Part shown: piece by piece, positions 27,415 to 36,213 of the stretch | Position numbering within the stretch: position 1 is the stretch's first letter | How the letters are laid out: each line of letters starts with the position of its first letter | Assembly (NCBI GenBank): GCA_964250225.1 | Contig: CAXUEY010000002.1 | Span: 17,231 to 81,230, forward strand | Source of the DNA: an uncultured Ktedonobacteraceae bacterium | GTDB taxonomy: Bacteria; Chloroflexota; Ktedonobacteria; Ktedonobacterales; Ktedonobacteraceae | DNA: 64,000 nucleotides | Direction: 5' to 3' | Notes under the pieces: model-generated | What the model was told of the DNA's origin: nothing | Database searches by the model: none | The model's input: the letters and a program-made list of their open reading frames with translations, nothing else | Translations under genes and position numbers: made by a program

Positions 27415-28689
27415 CTATACCGCGGCCTTCTCCATCTGCTTCAACTTTGGATTGACCAGGATCGAGAGCGTCGCAGCCAGATAGAGCGCACCCATCACAG
27501 CCAGGGTGACACGCAGGCCGAGCCAGTGTACGACAAAGCCGCTCGCGAACGTGCCCAGCGGGATACCGGCCATTACGCCCGCGCCAAGCAGCCCGTAAAC
27601 ACGCGCGCGCATCTCTGGCGGGAGGCGCTCCTGCAAGACGGTGCTGATCAGCGAATTGATCGGGCTAATGGCCAGACCACCCAGTAGATACCAACCCAGC
27701 ATAAGGGGGAAATTACCGGTCAGCAGTACCCAGAAGCGCAGCGCTCCCCCAATGGTGAAGGCAAGACCGAAGGTCAGGCGGCGTGGGAAACGATGGCCGA
27801 TGGTTCCAAAGATGACCGTGCCAACAAAAGCCATGCCACCCGCCGCCGCAATCAGAATGCCGTAGGGGAGCGCGCTGTGAAAAGTCTGCAGCATATAGGC
27901 CGGTGAGACTACCGCGAAATTGGCATCATCCAACATGTTTGTCACCAGCACCACAAGGACGATGGTGAGAATAACCACATCTCGCCGCACAAAACGCAAG
28001 CCTTCTCCCAGTTGGGCAAAGTAGCTCTGTTGCGGCGTCTCGCTCGCTGTTTCCTGGTTATGGAGGATGATTCGGGGGACGAACAAGCCGATCAGGAGCG
28101 CGGAACAGGCGAACGAGGTAGCATCAAGCCAGAGCAAATTGCTCGTACCAATCAGCGCAATCAGCACCCCGGCCAGCGGCGCCCCAAAGAAACGTGAGAT
28201 ACGCACCACGCCGTCGCTCCAGGCGTTGGCTCGTTCCAGACGCATATGCGCGACATGGGCCAGGTCCGGCACCATCGACGAACGCGCGGTATCTGCCGGT
28301 GATCTGAGCAGGCCGCCGATAAAGACCAGGGCGAGCAATTGCCAGAAGGCCAGCCCAACGGTGTAATAGAGCAGCGGCACGAGCATGATAGTGGTGCCGC
28401 TGAGGATATCACCGAGCACGCTGGTGCGTTTGTAGCCCAGTCGATCCACCAGTGCGCTGCCGAAGAAGCTCGAAAGCACCAGGGGCAACGCCGAACAGAA
28501 GCCGGTAATACCCATCTGGATCACACTGCCCGTGGTCAGCAAAACAAACCAGGGAATAGCCAGCAACGTCAACATGTCGCCAACAGCGGAGACCAGATTG
28601 CCCAGAAAAAAAGCGTAGATGGGCCACGCCACTCTTTCTGGCAGTTCCAGAGGTTGTGAGGCGATTTCCTGTGTGACATTCTCGCTCAT
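27415..28689 (-). CDS. MFS transporter
   Basis: 424 aa with 12 TM segments. 'GSALVDRLGYKRT' is the MFS loop 2-3 motif. Its ATG overlaps the stop of the upstream sigma gene (ATGA at 28686-28689). Confidence 0.85.
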   Translation of the reverse strand: MSENVTQEIASQPLELPERVAWPIYAFFLGNLVSAVGDMLTLLAIPWFVLLTTGSVIQMGITGFCSALPLVLSSFFGSALVDRLGYKRTSVLGDILSGTTIMLVPLLYYTVGLAFWQLLALVFIGGLLRSPADTARSSMVPDLAHVAHMRLERANAWSDGVVRISRFFGAPLAGVLIALIGTSNLLWLDATSFACSALLIGLFVPRIILHNQETASETPQQSYFAQLGEGLRFVRRDVVILTIVLVVLVTNMLDDANFAVVSPAYMLQTFHSALPYGILIAAAGGMAFVGTVIFGTIGHRFPRRLTFGLAFTIGGALRFWVLLTGNFPLMLGWYLLGGLAISPINSLISTVLQERLPPEMRARVYGLLGAGVMAGIPLGTFASGFVVHWLGLRVTLAVMGALYLAATLSILVNPKLKQMEKAAV

Positions 28690-29888
28690 TTACTCCCCCC
28701 ATAGATCTTCAGCACCTCATACGTCTCATAGTCGGAGATGATCTCGAAGCTGGCAGGGTCGATCACGCTCTCAAAGCGCGTAACGATGGCAGAGCGGCCC
28801 GCGAATTCAATAGTGTGATAGGGCAACTGGTGGATGCGCGGATGGATGCGCGAGAAAGCTCTGCCTTCGGGTAGAGAGAGGCATAGGGATTCCAGGGTGG
28901 TACAATTGGTACTCTGGCAATGCGCGCAAGTGACGGCAACCAGACGCTCGTTCTGACCCCAGACCCACTTGAGCGAATCCTGGTTCAGCCAGCTTAACTC
29001 GCGCACCTCTTCTGCTGGACCGAGCCTGGTTTGATTACGTTGGCCGCAGGTATCGCATACGCTTGAGCCATCGCGCAACGCCTGACGGTAATAGTCATGG
29101 CTCCATTCCAGCAAACGGGTGTAGGCAGGCTTGTAAGTTTTTACGCCTTTGAGCACTGGCAGTTGCTCGCTTTTACTCAACACCTCGTTGCCTGGACTGC
29201 ACGCGGGACACTTGAGATAGAGCAAACCGCGCTCAGGCTGCTTTCTGCCCAACAAACGATGTTTCCCGCACAGATTACACCATAACGACGTTTGCTCCCA
29301 CATCTGGGGAGTTGCCAGCGTGGTATATGCCTGCATCGCCTGCTGCATATCGCTGGTGAGCACTTTGCGCAGGGCCAGTCTGCCGCGTTGCAGGCGCATG
29401 GCAATAGCGCTGGGGTTGGTGCCCAGTTGCTCGGCAATCTCGGCCAGGGGCGATTCTTCGACATAGTGCTTGACCAGCACGGACCTGGTTTCATCCGGCA
29501 GCAGGGCCAGGGCGCGATCCAGCAGGTTGACCAGTTCTCTGCGCTCCAGCTCGACCTCCAGGTCAAACTCGTCGGTCACCAGTTCCTCCAGCGTTGCCGC
29601 GCCCTGGTCCTCCTCGCTTGCAAACAGTTCTATACGATGCGCCTGGTCGCGTCCGTGCTGGCGCAACCAGCGCAGCGAGACGTTGCGGGCGATCCCGCTG
29701 ATCCATTGCGCGCGTTTCTCCTGGTCGCGCAACTCCTGTATATGCCGCCAGACCAGAAAGAGCGTCTCCTGCGCCAGATCCTCGGCTATATCCTGATTGC
29801 CCGTCAACTTGCCGCACAAACCCACCAGCCGCGCGCGTTCTTGAGGCGACAAAAATTCTTCGGCAATTCCGCTGATTTGCATTTCCAT
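28686..29888 (-). CDS. ECF-type sigma factor with a ~215-aa C-terminal extension containing two CxxC...CxxC zinc-ribbon-like motifs
   Basis: Sigma region 2 ('DIAEDLAQETLFLVWRH', 'WISGIARNVSLRWLR') and region 4 ('SPLAEIAEQLGTNPSAIAMRLQRGRLALRK'). These are followed by 'CNLC..x22..CPAC' and 'CDTC..x40..CAHC'. Confidence 0.85.
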   Translation of the reverse strand: MEMQISGIAEEFLSPQERARLVGLCGKLTGNQDIAEDLAQETLFLVWRHIQELRDQEKRAQWISGIARNVSLRWLRQHGRDQAHRIELFASEEDQGAATLEELVTDEFDLEVELERRELVNLLDRALALLPDETRSVLVKHYVEESPLAEIAEQLGTNPSAIAMRLQRGRLALRKVLTSDMQQAMQAYTTLATPQMWEQTSLWCNLCGKHRLLGRKQPERGLLYLKCPACSPGNEVLSKSEQLPVLKGVKTYKPAYTRLLEWSHDYYRQALRDGSSVCDTCGQRNQTRLGPAEEVRELSWLNQDSLKWVWGQNERLVAVTCAHCQSTNCTTLESLCLSLPEGRAFSRIHPRIHQLPYHTIEFAGRSAIVTRFESVIDPASFEIISDYETYEVLKIYGGSK

Positions 29889-30165
29889 ATCCTTCTCCTT
29901 CCAGCTCTTGAAAGCGTCTCTGTATATATGTCGCTTTTGGAACGCGCCCGATAACGCAATTTTTGGGCGATTGAGATTTTCCCTCTGCCCAGACTTATTC
30001 AGCAGAAGATTTTATCAACACGCTGCCTCAGCATCGTACCAAATCCACATGCTATGCAAATGTATCCCTTGCATCTGGAAAAGGAACGCTCTATAATGCC
30101 CTCATGTACGGCGGATATCGCACGTAAGGAATACACCGAACGTATTATATAAACCACACATAAGA

Positions 30166-30819
30166 ATGGAGATGATCACCATGCCACCAGATGAAGAGAG
30201 CGAGTCAGTCCTATCAGAACAAGTGCCTGTGATGATGCCCGATCTCCCTCCGATGCTCAGGGTGCATACAGCGCCACAGTTTAAGGCTTTCGGCGATGCC
30301 ACGCGTTCGCGCATTCTGAACCTCATTAAATTTGAGCCACTGACAGCCAAACAGATTGGGGGAAAGCTGAATATTCCACCTGGCACCATTGGCCATCACC
30401 TGCAAGTGCTGGAGGCGGCTGGGCTGGCTCAAATCGTGGCGCGGCGTTTAATACATGGCATCGTGGCGAAATATTACACACGGACAGCTCGTCTCTTTCA
30501 ATTCGACATTCCTCCAGACGTTTCGCTCGCAACAGAGGAATCGCTGCGTATGCTTACAGAAGCACGCGAGCAATTAACTGATGCGCTGCTGATCGGCGGA
30601 GATGAAACGACCTGTAAAACGGGGTTTCCACATGCTCGCCTCTCGCGGGAACGCGCCGAGGAGTTCCACAAGCGCCTGTTTGATCTCGTGTATGAATTTG
30701 CCACCGAGCCATCTGATCATGCTGGTCAGGTGTATGGCTTCTGTGCAGCATTTTTTCTGGCCCCACCCTATTTACAATCGTCCCCTACTGCTACCGACGG
30801 AGATAATGCAACGGTATAG
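30166..30819 (+). CDS. ArsR/SmtB family transcriptional regulator with C-terminal extension
   Basis: 'FKAFGDATRSRILNLI...EPLTAKQIGGKLNIPPGTIGHHLQVLEAAGL' is the ArsR wHTH. About 100 further residues belong to no recognised family. Confidence 0.85.
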   Translation: MEMITMPPDEESESVLSEQVPVMMPDLPPMLRVHTAPQFKAFGDATRSRILNLIKFEPLTAKQIGGKLNIPPGTIGHHLQVLEAAGLAQIVARRLIHGIVAKYYTRTARLFQFDIPPDVSLATEESLRMLTEAREQLTDALLIGGDETTCKTGFPHARLSRERAEEFHKRLFDLVYEFATEPSDHAGQVYGFCAAFFLAPPYLQSSPTATDGDNATV

Positions 30820-30828
30820 GAGGCTGTT

Positions 30829-32118
30829 ATGGCAACGCAACAACCTGAACAGGTTCCAGCTCCACGGCAGTTCAATGCCAACTTCTGGAAATATTGGACT
30901 GGCCAGACAATCTCGAATTTTGGAAGTTCTATCACGCTGTTTGCTCTACCCCTGCTGGTCTACAAACTCACGGGTTCCGCGCTCAACCTGGGTATCTCTT
31001 CGGCGGCGAATATGTTGCCTTACCTGTTGTTCGGTCTGCTGCTAGGCGCGTGGACTGATCGCGTGGACCGCAAACGCATGATGATTCTGACCGATATTGG
31101 ACGCGCTGCGGTGATCGCCACGATTCCTTTGCTGGCCTGGTTTGGCACCCTCGCTGTGTGGTGGATCTATCTGGTGGGCTTCCTGCAATCAACGCTGACC
31201 ATCTGCTTCGAGTCCGGTCAGTTCGCGGCTATCCCCAGCCTGGTTGATCAGAACGACCTGGTGACGGCGAACGGGCGCATTTATGCCAGCTACTCGGCTG
31301 CCAGCATCGCGGGACCGGTTCTGGCCGGTGTGCTGGTCGCGTTTATCCCGCTAGCGTCGCTGATGTCGCTGGATGCCCTGTCTTTTCTGGTCTCCTCGCT
31401 CTCCATTGCATGGGTCACAATGAGCTTTAACGCACATCAGGATAAGCAGAGCGAACGGAAACACATTTTACAGGATGTTTCTGAGGGTTTGCGCTATGTC
31501 TGGCGCCATCCTGTGCTGCGCAACATCTCGCTGATGATGGCGTTGGTCAACTTTGTGACAGCCACATATATTGCCCAGCTTGTACTGTTCGCCAAAGAGC
31601 GCTTACTGGCCAATGATACGCAGGTCGGGCTACTTTATACTGCGGAGAGCGTCGGCGTGGTGGTACTCGCTTTATTGGCAGGTCAATTGCGCAAACGCTG
31701 GACCTTCAGCAGAGTTGCATTGGGCGCGCTGATGTGCTGTGGTCTCTTTACCCTTACGCTGGCCCTCACGCGCTCCTACTGGCTGGCGCTCATTTTTGTA
31801 GCACTGGAACAGGGCTGTGCCATCCTGTTCAATATCAACACGGGCAGTCTACGCCAGGCAATTGTACCCAATCACCTTTTGGGGCGTGTGTTGAGCATAG
31901 CCAGTGTTCTGGCCTGGTCAGCGATCCCGCTGGGTGCGCTGTTGGGAGGCTTCATTATCAACGCGACTCATCAGGTGGCGCTGGTGTACGCGGTGATCGG
32001 TATCCTGACGATACTGATTCCTTGCGGCTTTGCCTTCACACCACTGGGGCACGCAGAACGCTACCTGCCAAAGAAAGAGGAGCAGCAGGTCGAGGCGCCC
32101 GTTGCAGAGGTGGGATAG
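30829..32118 (+). CDS. MFS transporter (EntS/MFS_3-like)
   Basis: 12 TM segments. 'FWKYWTGQTISNFGSSIT', 'GAWTDRVDRKRMM' and 'NHLLGRV' are typical of the MFS_3 subgroup. It starts 9 nt after the ArsR stop. Confidence 0.85.
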   Translation: MATQQPEQVPAPRQFNANFWKYWTGQTISNFGSSITLFALPLLVYKLTGSALNLGISSAANMLPYLLFGLLLGAWTDRVDRKRMMILTDIGRAAVIATIPLLAWFGTLAVWWIYLVGFLQSTLTICFESGQFAAIPSLVDQNDLVTANGRIYASYSAASIAGPVLAGVLVAFIPLASLMSLDALSFLVSSLSIAWVTMSFNAHQDKQSERKHILQDVSEGLRYVWRHPVLRNISLMMALVNFVTATYIAQLVLFAKERLLANDTQVGLLYTAESVGVVVLALLAGQLRKRWTFSRVALGALMCCGLFTLTLALTRSYWLALIFVALEQGCAILFNINTGSLRQAIVPNHLLGRVLSIASVLAWSAIPLGALLGGFIINATHQVALVYAVIGILTILIPCGFAFTPLGHAERYLPKKEEQQVEAPVAEVG

Positions 32119-32206
32119 ATCTGGATATGGCAGCGAAAGGATTTGGGCACATTACCTGATAAGCAGAGTAATGCGCCCATTCTCTTCTGATGAATCTATA
32201 TACCAC

Positions 32207-32839
32207 TTAGCGTGTCGAATGCACCTGATCTTCCGAAACAAATTCGCTGCTTTCCTTCTCTGGTATCTCATCTTGAGCCAGAGGAGCAAACTGTGGCGCT
32301 TTGCGTTTGCTGGCCATGATGACCATGAAAATGACCAGACTGTACAGGGGCAGCAGGCCGATCACCCAGGCCATCCACATTGGCATGACGGGTGGGTGTG
32401 CCGCGCTTAGAGGTAGAGAAACCTGCCCCGTACCCTGCGGTCCCGACACGATGATATGCAGCGTCCAGGGGCCTTGCTGCACAATGTTGACGCTGCCGGG
32501 CACACCATCCGGGCCATTCTGGTGCTGGCTGATGTCAGCCACGGCGACGGGCGCATCAATGCCGTGACCGGGGATAGCTGAGAGCGCGTAGGTTATCCTG
32601 GCGGCTGGCTCATGCTGCACGGACAGCGCGAAGGGAAAGGCGTAGCCTGGATTCGCCTGATCAGAGTAAAAGGTGACGGCGAGCTGGTAGGGGCCGGCGC
32701 TGGTGTGGACAACGCGCGCCGGGCCACCATGCAGCACGGGCGAGAGCAGGATTTGCAAGAGTACAACAATGACGGTGCCCAATGCCAGCAGTGCGCTCGC
32801 GAGCAGGGCAATCTGGAAGCCTTTCCACCTGTTCTTCAT
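32207..32839 (-). CDS. Bitopic membrane protein with a beta-sandwich (YtkA/FixH-like?) ectodomain
   Basis: N-terminal and C-terminal TM segments flank a ~130-aa beta-rich segment ('GPYQLAVTFYSDQ..', 'GPWTLHIIVSGPQGTG'). The ATG immediately follows the upstream stop (TAGATG at 32837-32842). Confidence 0.55.
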   Translation of the reverse strand: MKNRWKGFQIALLASALLALGTVIVVLLQILLSPVLHGGPARVVHTSAGPYQLAVTFYSDQANPGYAFPFALSVQHEPAARITYALSAIPGHGIDAPVAVADISQHQNGPDGVPGSVNIVQQGPWTLHIIVSGPQGTGQVSLPLSAAHPPVMPMWMAWVIGLLPLYSLVIFMVIMASKRKAPQFAPLAQDEIPEKESSEFVSEDQVHSTR

Positions 32840-34051
32840 CTATGCCTGGACCCCCTGGAACGCTCTCCCCATGCCTCGACCCAACCATACGCCCAGAAGC
32901 GCTACCGGCAGGACAAGACAGAGCGAGACGAGCAGCGTGGTGATACCGCCTGAGACTGCAACATGACCGCTCAGATGGAGATAGGGAAACGCCGATATAA
33001 CCAGCGGCGAGAAAAAGCCAATCCCCGTACTGAGCAGAAAGAATGGGAGAGCAACCAGCATCAATGCGCGTGTAAGGGTAGCCCCTGACCACTTTTTCTT
33101 GCGTCCGTACCAGGCAACCAGATCCATCACCAGCGCGATCAGCACAAGCAGGGCGGGTAGTGGCTGGGTGATGATGTGCGCGGCCTTCGTCATCGGGGTA
33201 TTTGGCAGCAGGCTGAAATGTTCGACCTGCACCGCGTAAGCCATGCCTGCGGGTACAAAATACTCAGCTATCTCAAGGGTGCCGATAAAGGCGAGGGCTA
33301 CGCTGGTAGCTGCCCAGCGCCAGGGGATGGTGGTGATAGCGGCAATACAGCCCAGCATTGCCAGGACACTGAACATAATCGAGTAGAGGCTGATATGAAC
33401 GGAAGCGATGTGCAGCAACAATCCATAGGCAGGATCAGCCATGCCCATCATGAGGCTCGTGAAATTCCCCAGGGCAATGGCAGCTCCGAGGAAACCCAGC
33501 GTTGCCGCAAGAGGCGCAGCTTGCTTGCGTGCCAGATAAGCCGCCGAAAGCAGCAGAAATACGCCGCCCAGAGTCAGGATCAGGCTTCCCCCAAAGATCA
33601 TCAGGTGGAACGGTGCCCACAGGCTAACATCGAGACCATGCAACGAGTGCCAGTAGTTATCCAGAGGGAAGGCCACAGCCGCGCTGAGCGCGCCAAAACC
33701 CGCCACATACGCCCCAAATGGGCCATGAAATGCACCAGCGAAAGAAGTACTTCTGGCGCGCACCACCGCGTTATGTCTGGCCCAGCTAGTCTCGACCAGC
33801 ACGATAATCAACGCGGTCAAACCAGCGAGCGCGATCCCGGAGAGGATCATATCATGCGAACTGGTAAACGTGCGGTCGCGCCCCACCATGCCGTGCCACT
33901 TGATATCCCAGGCACTGCCTATCGTAAAGGTAATGCCAGCCAGCATAATACAGAAACCACTCACCAGACGCAATCTCCACAGTAATTGCAGCGTTTTTAC
34001 CGCTGTCTGTGGCCTGGCTGTTGCTACGACAGCACTCACGGCACTACTCAT
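32840..34051 (-). CDS. Polytopic membrane protein, unknown family, with a duplicated W-H...G-x-D...H-x-M-I motif
   Basis: About 12 TM segments. 'WDIKWHGMVGRDRTFTSSHDMILSG' and 'DNYWHSLHGLDVSLWAPFHLMIFGG' are the two motif copies. Start ATG 34051 follows AAGGAG-N7; the ORF track starts at 34141. Confidence 0.6.
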   Translation of the reverse strand: MSSAVSAVVATARPQTAVKTLQLLWRLRLVSGFCIMLAGITFTIGSAWDIKWHGMVGRDRTFTSSHDMILSGIALAGLTALIIVLVETSWARHNAVVRARSTSFAGAFHGPFGAYVAGFGALSAAVAFPLDNYWHSLHGLDVSLWAPFHLMIFGGSLILTLGGVFLLLSAAYLARKQAAPLAATLGFLGAAIALGNFTSLMMGMADPAYGLLLHIASVHISLYSIMFSVLAMLGCIAAITTIPWRWAATSVALAFIGTLEIAEYFVPAGMAYAVQVEHFSLLPNTPMTKAAHIITQPLPALLVLIALVMDLVAWYGRKKKWSGATLTRALMLVALPFFLLSTGIGFFSPLVISAFPYLHLSGHVAVSGGITTLLVSLCLVLPVALLGVWLGRGMGRAFQGVQA

Positions 34052-34358
34052 TAGAGGACTCCTTCGCAACAATACTTTCCTTGCTTCAAGCGCATACATT
34101 TTAGAGGAAAAATGTCTTTCTACTATAAAGACGAACAACAAGGCCAGAACTAACTACACGATCATCATCTTACCACTACTTTTTCACGCCCCCTGGAAAA
34201 TCTCTACACTTCACAGTATACTGTGTGAGGTTGTTGCTTACTCTGTCTGTAAACACAACAGGCAGCATCTTTGGGGATTCTGCTATTTTCCCCGAAAGAT
34301 GTTTATATATCTATTTGATTGTGTAGAGTATTCATACCCGGTAATCAGGAAAAAGAAT

Positions 34359-36137
34359 ATGCAGTATGAAACCCTTTTGGCTGGAGCGTATCAGGTCGAG
34401 AAGACGCTGGATCGCTCCACATATAGCGTGCTCTGCGCAGGGAAACAAATCGTGGGTGGTCAGGCTGTGAGGCTGAGGTTCTGGCTCACAGCGCACGTCA
34501 CCTCGCCAGAAGAACAGCAGCGCATTCGAGTGGAGGTCACAGCCATCCAGGAGATTGAGCATCCTTATCTCCTGCCCATCCTGGAGGTGCGCGCAACTGA
34601 ACAGGGCGTGCTCCTGGTCAGTGCGTCGGCCCAGGATGGCTCGCTCAATGCCTATTTGAGCCAGCACGTTCTCAAGCCACTCCCTCTGACCGAAGCATTG
34701 AGGATCGTCAATCAGGTGGGGCAGGCATTGCAGGTATTGCACGAGCACGGTATTATGCATGGCAATCTTACACCGCTAGCGATTTTCTTTGCACAGCCGG
34801 ACCACATCTGCCTCGGTGAATTTCATCTGTATAGCATCCAGAAAAGCATCCAGGGCTACCAGCCACTGCTCGACGAGAATATCCCGCGCTGCTGGTACAT
34901 GGCCCCTGAACAATTTGCGGGCCAGCTCGATACACGCACGGATCAGTACGCGCTGGGCTGCCTGGCCTATGTCTTGCTCACCGGACGCGTGCCCTTCGCG
35001 GGGTCTGCACGCGCCACGTTACTGCAAAAACATCAACACGAGCGGCCACGTCCACTGAGCGTGCTCAATGCGGAGGTACCCACGCAGATTGAAGCAGCGG
35101 TACTCAAGGCGCTGGCCAAAACGCCGGAAGAACGCTATACCAGCGTGCTGGCCTTCCTGGACGCACTAAGGATTCCGACGGAAATAGCGCAGACACCTGA
35201 GGTGATCCAGGCAGAGCCTACCACAGAGTCAAACTCGCCGGTTGAGAGAGAGGCGCATGGAGTCGCGATTCCGCTAGTTACTGCACAGGTTGAGGAAAGC
35301 GGGGCGGAAGTCTCGAAGCCAGAAGCAGACGCAGCACCGAGTACACCGGCAGATAAGCAGTTAGAACCAGTTGCAGTCCAGACCTTTGCCGAGATGGAAA
35401 CGCTGAAACAGCCCGCGCTTGATGCTGCTTCTGAACAGAGGAGCATGGATCTCGCTGAGAGTGAGACGCTACCACAACCAGCCTTGCTACCAGCCATTGC
35501 GCTCGCACCGATTGCGCGCACCCCCTCGAAAGTTCCCAGGCCACCTGCGGCACGCATATCCAGGGGCCAGGGAATGACTGTGCTCGCGCCGATGATCGCG
35601 CTGGTGCTAGTGATTGTGCTGGTGCTTAGCGGCTGGCTTATGCTGGGAGGACACACCCCATTGTCGCAACCCGGCGGAGGCACGACACCAGGCGCTACCC
35701 AGAGAACATCAGCCACAACCACCTCTACACGCAATTTGCAGCCTACGGCGACAGCAACAGTCAACGTCATTGGCCTGCACTATCCCACACCCACTGCTCG
35801 GCCTACCGCGCCGCCGACCCCACCCAAGTCAGCGCCAACACCCACGCCTGCTCCATCTGCTGGGATAGTCGCGCCATTGCTGAACTGTATACAGCCAGAT
35901 CCGGTGAATGGAGGCTTCCTGGCAAACTTTGGCTACACGAACGGTGGGAATGCGACAGTGAATATCCCTGTTGGCATGAATAACTTGCTCACCTCATCGA
36001 ACGGTTCCCAGCCGACCTCATTTGCACCTGGCACACAAAACGATGCCTTTCAGATCCATTTCGGCGCGCACCGTTTTGTGAGCTGGCTTCTCAATGGGAG
36101 TTTGGTGACAGCGACCAGTAATAGTCCACGATGTTAA
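34359..36137 (+). CDS. Membrane-anchored Hanks-type pseudokinase (catalytic motifs substituted) with Thr/Pro-rich stalk and unknown C-terminal ectodomain
   Basis: Kinase fold markers 'WYMAPEQ', 'DQYALGC' and 'ALAKTPEERY' are kept. There is no Gly-loop. VAIK reads 'AVRLRF', HRDxKxxN reads 'HGNLTPLA' (34758-34781), and DFG reads 'GEFH' (34815-34826). The TM is 'VLAPMIALVLVIVLVLSGWLML'. Start ATG 34359; the longer ORF from 33870 overlaps the divergent gene. Confidence 0.8.
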   Translation: MQYETLLAGAYQVEKTLDRSTYSVLCAGKQIVGGQAVRLRFWLTAHVTSPEEQQRIRVEVTAIQEIEHPYLLPILEVRATEQGVLLVSASAQDGSLNAYLSQHVLKPLPLTEALRIVNQVGQALQVLHEHGIMHGNLTPLAIFFAQPDHICLGEFHLYSIQKSIQGYQPLLDENIPRCWYMAPEQFAGQLDTRTDQYALGCLAYVLLTGRVPFAGSARATLLQKHQHERPRPLSVLNAEVPTQIEAAVLKALAKTPEERYTSVLAFLDALRIPTEIAQTPEVIQAEPTTESNSPVEREAHGVAIPLVTAQVEESGAEVSKPEADAAPSTPADKQLEPVAVQTFAEMETLKQPALDAASEQRSMDLAESETLPQPALLPAIALAPIARTPSKVPRPPAARISRGQGMTVLAPMIALVLVIVLVLSGWLMLGGHTPLSQPGGGTTPGATQRTSATTTSTRNLQPTATATVNVIGLHYPTPTARPTAPPTPPKSAPTPTPAPSAGIVAPLLNCIQPDPVNGGFLANFGYTNGGNATVNIPVGMNNLLTSSNGSQPTSFAPGTQNDAFQIHFGAHRFVSWLLNGSLVTATSNSPRC

Positions 36138-36213
36138 TGTGAGGGGGATAAGCAGATATGATATACTAATGCCAACCATAGCCGTCCTCAATCTAGTGGG
36201 AAAGTAGTGCATT

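Noticed and set aside
33176-33985. 269-aa + strand ORF
   Set aside because: It is antisense to the polytopic membrane protein. The minus frame gives coherent TM helices, while this frame is polar low-complexity sequence.
33870-34358. 163-codon N-terminal extension of the pseudokinase ORF
   Set aside because: It overlaps the divergent membrane protein gene and its promoter region. The kinase-like homology starts at ATG 34359, so the extension is an absence-of-stop artefact.
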